A stretch of 64,000 nucleotides of DNA, taken from positions 928,001-992,000 of the forward strand of contig CAWGMA010000001.1 in NCBI GenBank assembly GCA_963823555.1, given 5' to 3'. Every line of letters starts with the position of its first letter. Within the stretch, counting starts at the first letter, position 1. The notes beneath the pieces were generated by a model, which saw only the letters and a list, made by a program, of their open reading frames with translations, ran no database searches and was not told where the DNA came from. The stretch comes from Candidatus Eiseniibacteriota bacterium (GTDB taxonomy: Bacteria > Eisenbacteria > RBG-16-71-46 > CAVPCR01). Shown here piece after piece: positions 61,898-64,000 of this stretch. The position numbers were made by a program, and so were the translations under genes.

Positions 61898-64000
61898 ATG
61901 ACCCCAGCGTTCCATGCCAGAGCAAGTCACGGTGGGCGCGGTGATCACCGGCATGCGCTCAGCATCATTCTGCCCGTCGCCCTCGTCGCCACGATGCTCT
62001 TGCTCCTCATCGTTTCCGATCCCGCCGGTGCCCGTCAGGAGATTCGCCAGGGGTTCTTCCTCGCCTATCCCTCGGCGGTCGGTTCGCGTCTCGACGACCT
62101 GCCCTCGAACGGCGGGCATTGCGGGGTCTGTCACTACCGCTTCAACGGCGGCGGACCGCGAAACCCCTTCGGAGCCGACGTCCAGGGACGCCTGGGCTCC
62201 TACCCCAGCACGCCGGAGGGATACCGCGATGCGGTTCTCTCCATCGCAGGCGAGGACTCGGATGGCGACGGATACGACAATGGCATCGAGATCACCGATC
62301 TGGCCAACTATCTCAACACCCCGACATTCCCCGGGCTCACCCCCGGCAATGCCGGCCAGACGAGCCAGGTCGCGCTCGGCGACATCCAGGACTACCTGGT
62401 CCCCGTCCCCGGGACGGACGAGACGCCTCCGGTCGTCACGGTCCTCACGCCGAACGGAGGCGAGGACCTGACCGGGCATGCGCCGTTCGCCATCACCTGG
62501 ACCGCCACCGACGAGAACGGTGTGGCTCGCGTCGACATCTCCTTCTCGACCGACGGCGGAACCACCTTCAAGCCGCTCGCGCTGGCGACACTCAACGATG
62601 GCTCGTTCACCTGGTTCGTGCAGGACTACCCGGGCGGATCGACGCTCGTACGGGTCGAGGCCTGGGACCCGAGTGACAATCACGGCAACGACCTGAGCGA
62701 TGCTGCTTTCACCATCACATCGCCGCAAACAGGTCTCGTGCCGACCACGCTTCGCGATTTCGACATGCCTGGCACGCAGCCGCTCGAGGCGGGCGCGATC
62801 CAGTCCGTGAACGAGTGCCGGCAGTGCCATGGCGGCTACGACCAGGCCGTCGAGCCGGTATGGAACTGGGAGGGCTCGCTCATGGCCAATGCGGCCCGCG
62901 ATCCCCTCTTCTATGCCGCGCTCGCCATCGCCAACCAGGACGCGCGTGACTCGGGAGACCTTTGCCTCCGCTGCCACACTCAGCAGGGCTGGATGGCCGG
63001 CCGCTCGACGCCTCCCGATGGGTCCGAGCTCGTCCTCGGCGATCGCGAGGGGGTGAGCTGCGATGTCTGCCACAGCATGGTGGATCCGATCTACGAGCCG
63101 GGGGTGAGCCCGCCCGAGGACCAGGCCATCCTGGCCGCGCTCGCCCTGATCCCGCCCGATGTGGCGAGCGGCATGACGGTGCTCGATCCCTCGAGCGCCA
63201 AGCGGGGACCGTTCACCGATCCCTTCCAGGCCAACCATGGCGTCATCCCCTCGCCTTTCCATCGCGAGGCGGCGATGTGCGGGACCTGCCACAACGTGTC
63301 GAACCCGGCTTTCTCGAAGCAGCCGGATGGGCGTTACGCGCCGAACGATTTCGACACGCCGGCCCCGAGCTTCGACCCCTACGAGCAGTTCCCGGTGGAG
63401 CGCACGTACGGCGAGTGGCTCATGAGCGAGTACAACACGCCAGGCGGCGTCTACCAGCCTGAGTTCGCCGGGGCCAAGCCCGACGGCTACGTTTCGACCT
63501 GCCAGGACTGCCACATGCGCGATGTGGTCGGCCGGGGCGCCGGACAGCCGGCGGGTGTGCCGATCCGGCCCGATCTTCCGCTTCACGACATGACGGGTGG
63601 CAACACCTGGATGGCGGACGTCATTCCGGACCTCTATCCGGGCGAGGTGACGCCCGCTGCGCTCGACGACGCCGCGATCCGGACGCTCTACATGCTCGAG
63701 CACGCTGCATCGCTCGAGGTCGAGGTGGCATTGCAGCAGGGGGTTCCGGTGGCGATCGTGACCGTGACCAACGAGACCGGTCACAAGCTCCCGACGGGCT
63801 ACCCCGAGGGCCGGCGCATGTGGATCAATGTGCGGGGCTACAACCAGAGCAACGAGCTCGTCTACGAATCCGGCGCCTACAATGCCGCGACCGGCGAGCT
63901 CTCGCATGACGACGATCTCCGCCTCTACGAGGCCGAGCTCGGGATCAGCCCCGGACTGGCCAGCGCGCTGGGGCTCGATGACGGGCCCTCGTTCCACTTC
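61898..64000 (+). CDS. Secreted multiheme cytochrome c (at least 6 CxxCH), 3' truncated by window edge; absent from ORF track
   Basis: Hand translation from ATG 61898 (RBS AGGAGG) is open for 701 codons: signal peptide, CGVCH, DSDGDG, Ig-like domain (TPNGGE..ITW..STDGG), CRQCH, CLRCH, CDVCH, CGTCH, CQDCH, TNETGHKLPTGYPEGRRMW. Confidence 0.92.
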   Translation, partial: MTPAFHARASHGGRGDHRHALSIILPVALVATMLLLLIVSDPAGARQEIRQGFFLAYPSAVGSRLDDLPSNGGHCGVCHYRFNGGGPRNPFGADVQGRLGSYPSTPEGYRDAVLSIAGEDSDGDGYDNGIEITDLANYLNTPTFPGLTPGNAGQTSQVALGDIQDYLVPVPGTDETPPVVTVLTPNGGEDLTGHAPFAITWTATDENGVARVDISFSTDGGTTFKPLALATLNDGSFTWFVQDYPGGSTLVRVEAWDPSDNHGNDLSDAAFTITSPQTGLVPTTLRDFDMPGTQPLEAGAIQSVNECRQCHGGYDQAVEPVWNWEGSLMANAARDPLFYAALAIANQDARDSGDLCLRCHTQQGWMAGRSTPPDGSELVLGDREGVSCDVCHSMVDPIYEPGVSPPEDQAILAALALIPPDVASGMTVLDPSSAKRGPFTDPFQANHGVIPSPFHREAAMCGTCHNVSNPAFSKQPDGRYAPNDFDTPAPSFDPYEQFPVERTYGEWLMSEYNTPGGVYQPEFAGAKPDGYVSTCQDCHMRDVVGRGAGQPAGVPIRPDLPLHDMTGGNTWMADVIPDLYPGEVTPAALDDAAIRTLYMLEHAASLEVEVALQQGVPVAIVTVTNETGHKLPTGYPEGRRMWINVRGYNQSNELVYESGAYNAATGELSHDDDLRLYEAELGISPGLASALGLDDGPSFHF

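Noticed and set aside
61664..63997. 777-aa minus-strand ORF
   Set aside because: Antisense shadow of the plus-strand multiheme cytochrome; no recognisable motifs.

Overview
High-GC, diderm bacterial chromosome segment. The gene content (PorV/PorQ barrel, T9SS-CTD-like C-termini, GWxTD protein, carboxypeptidase-regulatory TonB-dependent receptor) points to an FCB-group lineage outside the Bacteroidota, possibly Ca. Eisenbacteria, Krumholzibacteriota or Latescibacterota; this is inference only. Positions 1-37.5 kb are a co-oriented housekeeping run: DUF2344-rne/rng, an FG-GAP protein, rplU-rpmA, kdsB-pyrG-kdsA-kdsC-kdsD, lpxL/lptC-lptB-rpoN-hpf-hprK, a complete mannose-family PTS, PGI/PMI, an NTP-transferase, metK-ahcY, ftsK-rimO-bamD-nadD-coaE-prfB-pgm-corA. 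Positions 37.9-51.4 kb are an uncharacterised eight-gene envelope cluster: a heme-binding DOMON/EB_dh lipoprotein, a small lipoprotein, two FadL/PorV-superfamily barrels, a TonB-dependent receptor, a 955-aa Cys-rich CTD-bearing protein, PorV and a GWxTD protein. This cluster is the best candidate for an undescribed system. It is followed by pgk-tpiA-secG-tRNA-Leu, a beta-helix secreted protein, HtrA, and a minus-strand operon containing an active-site-divergent alanine dehydrogenase homologue. The window ends in a secreted cytochrome c with at least 6 CxxCH motifs, missed by the ORF track, behind a complete sigma54 promoter/enhancer layout. Several genes carry single-base frameshifts, and ahcY carries more than 10; these look like assembly errors.
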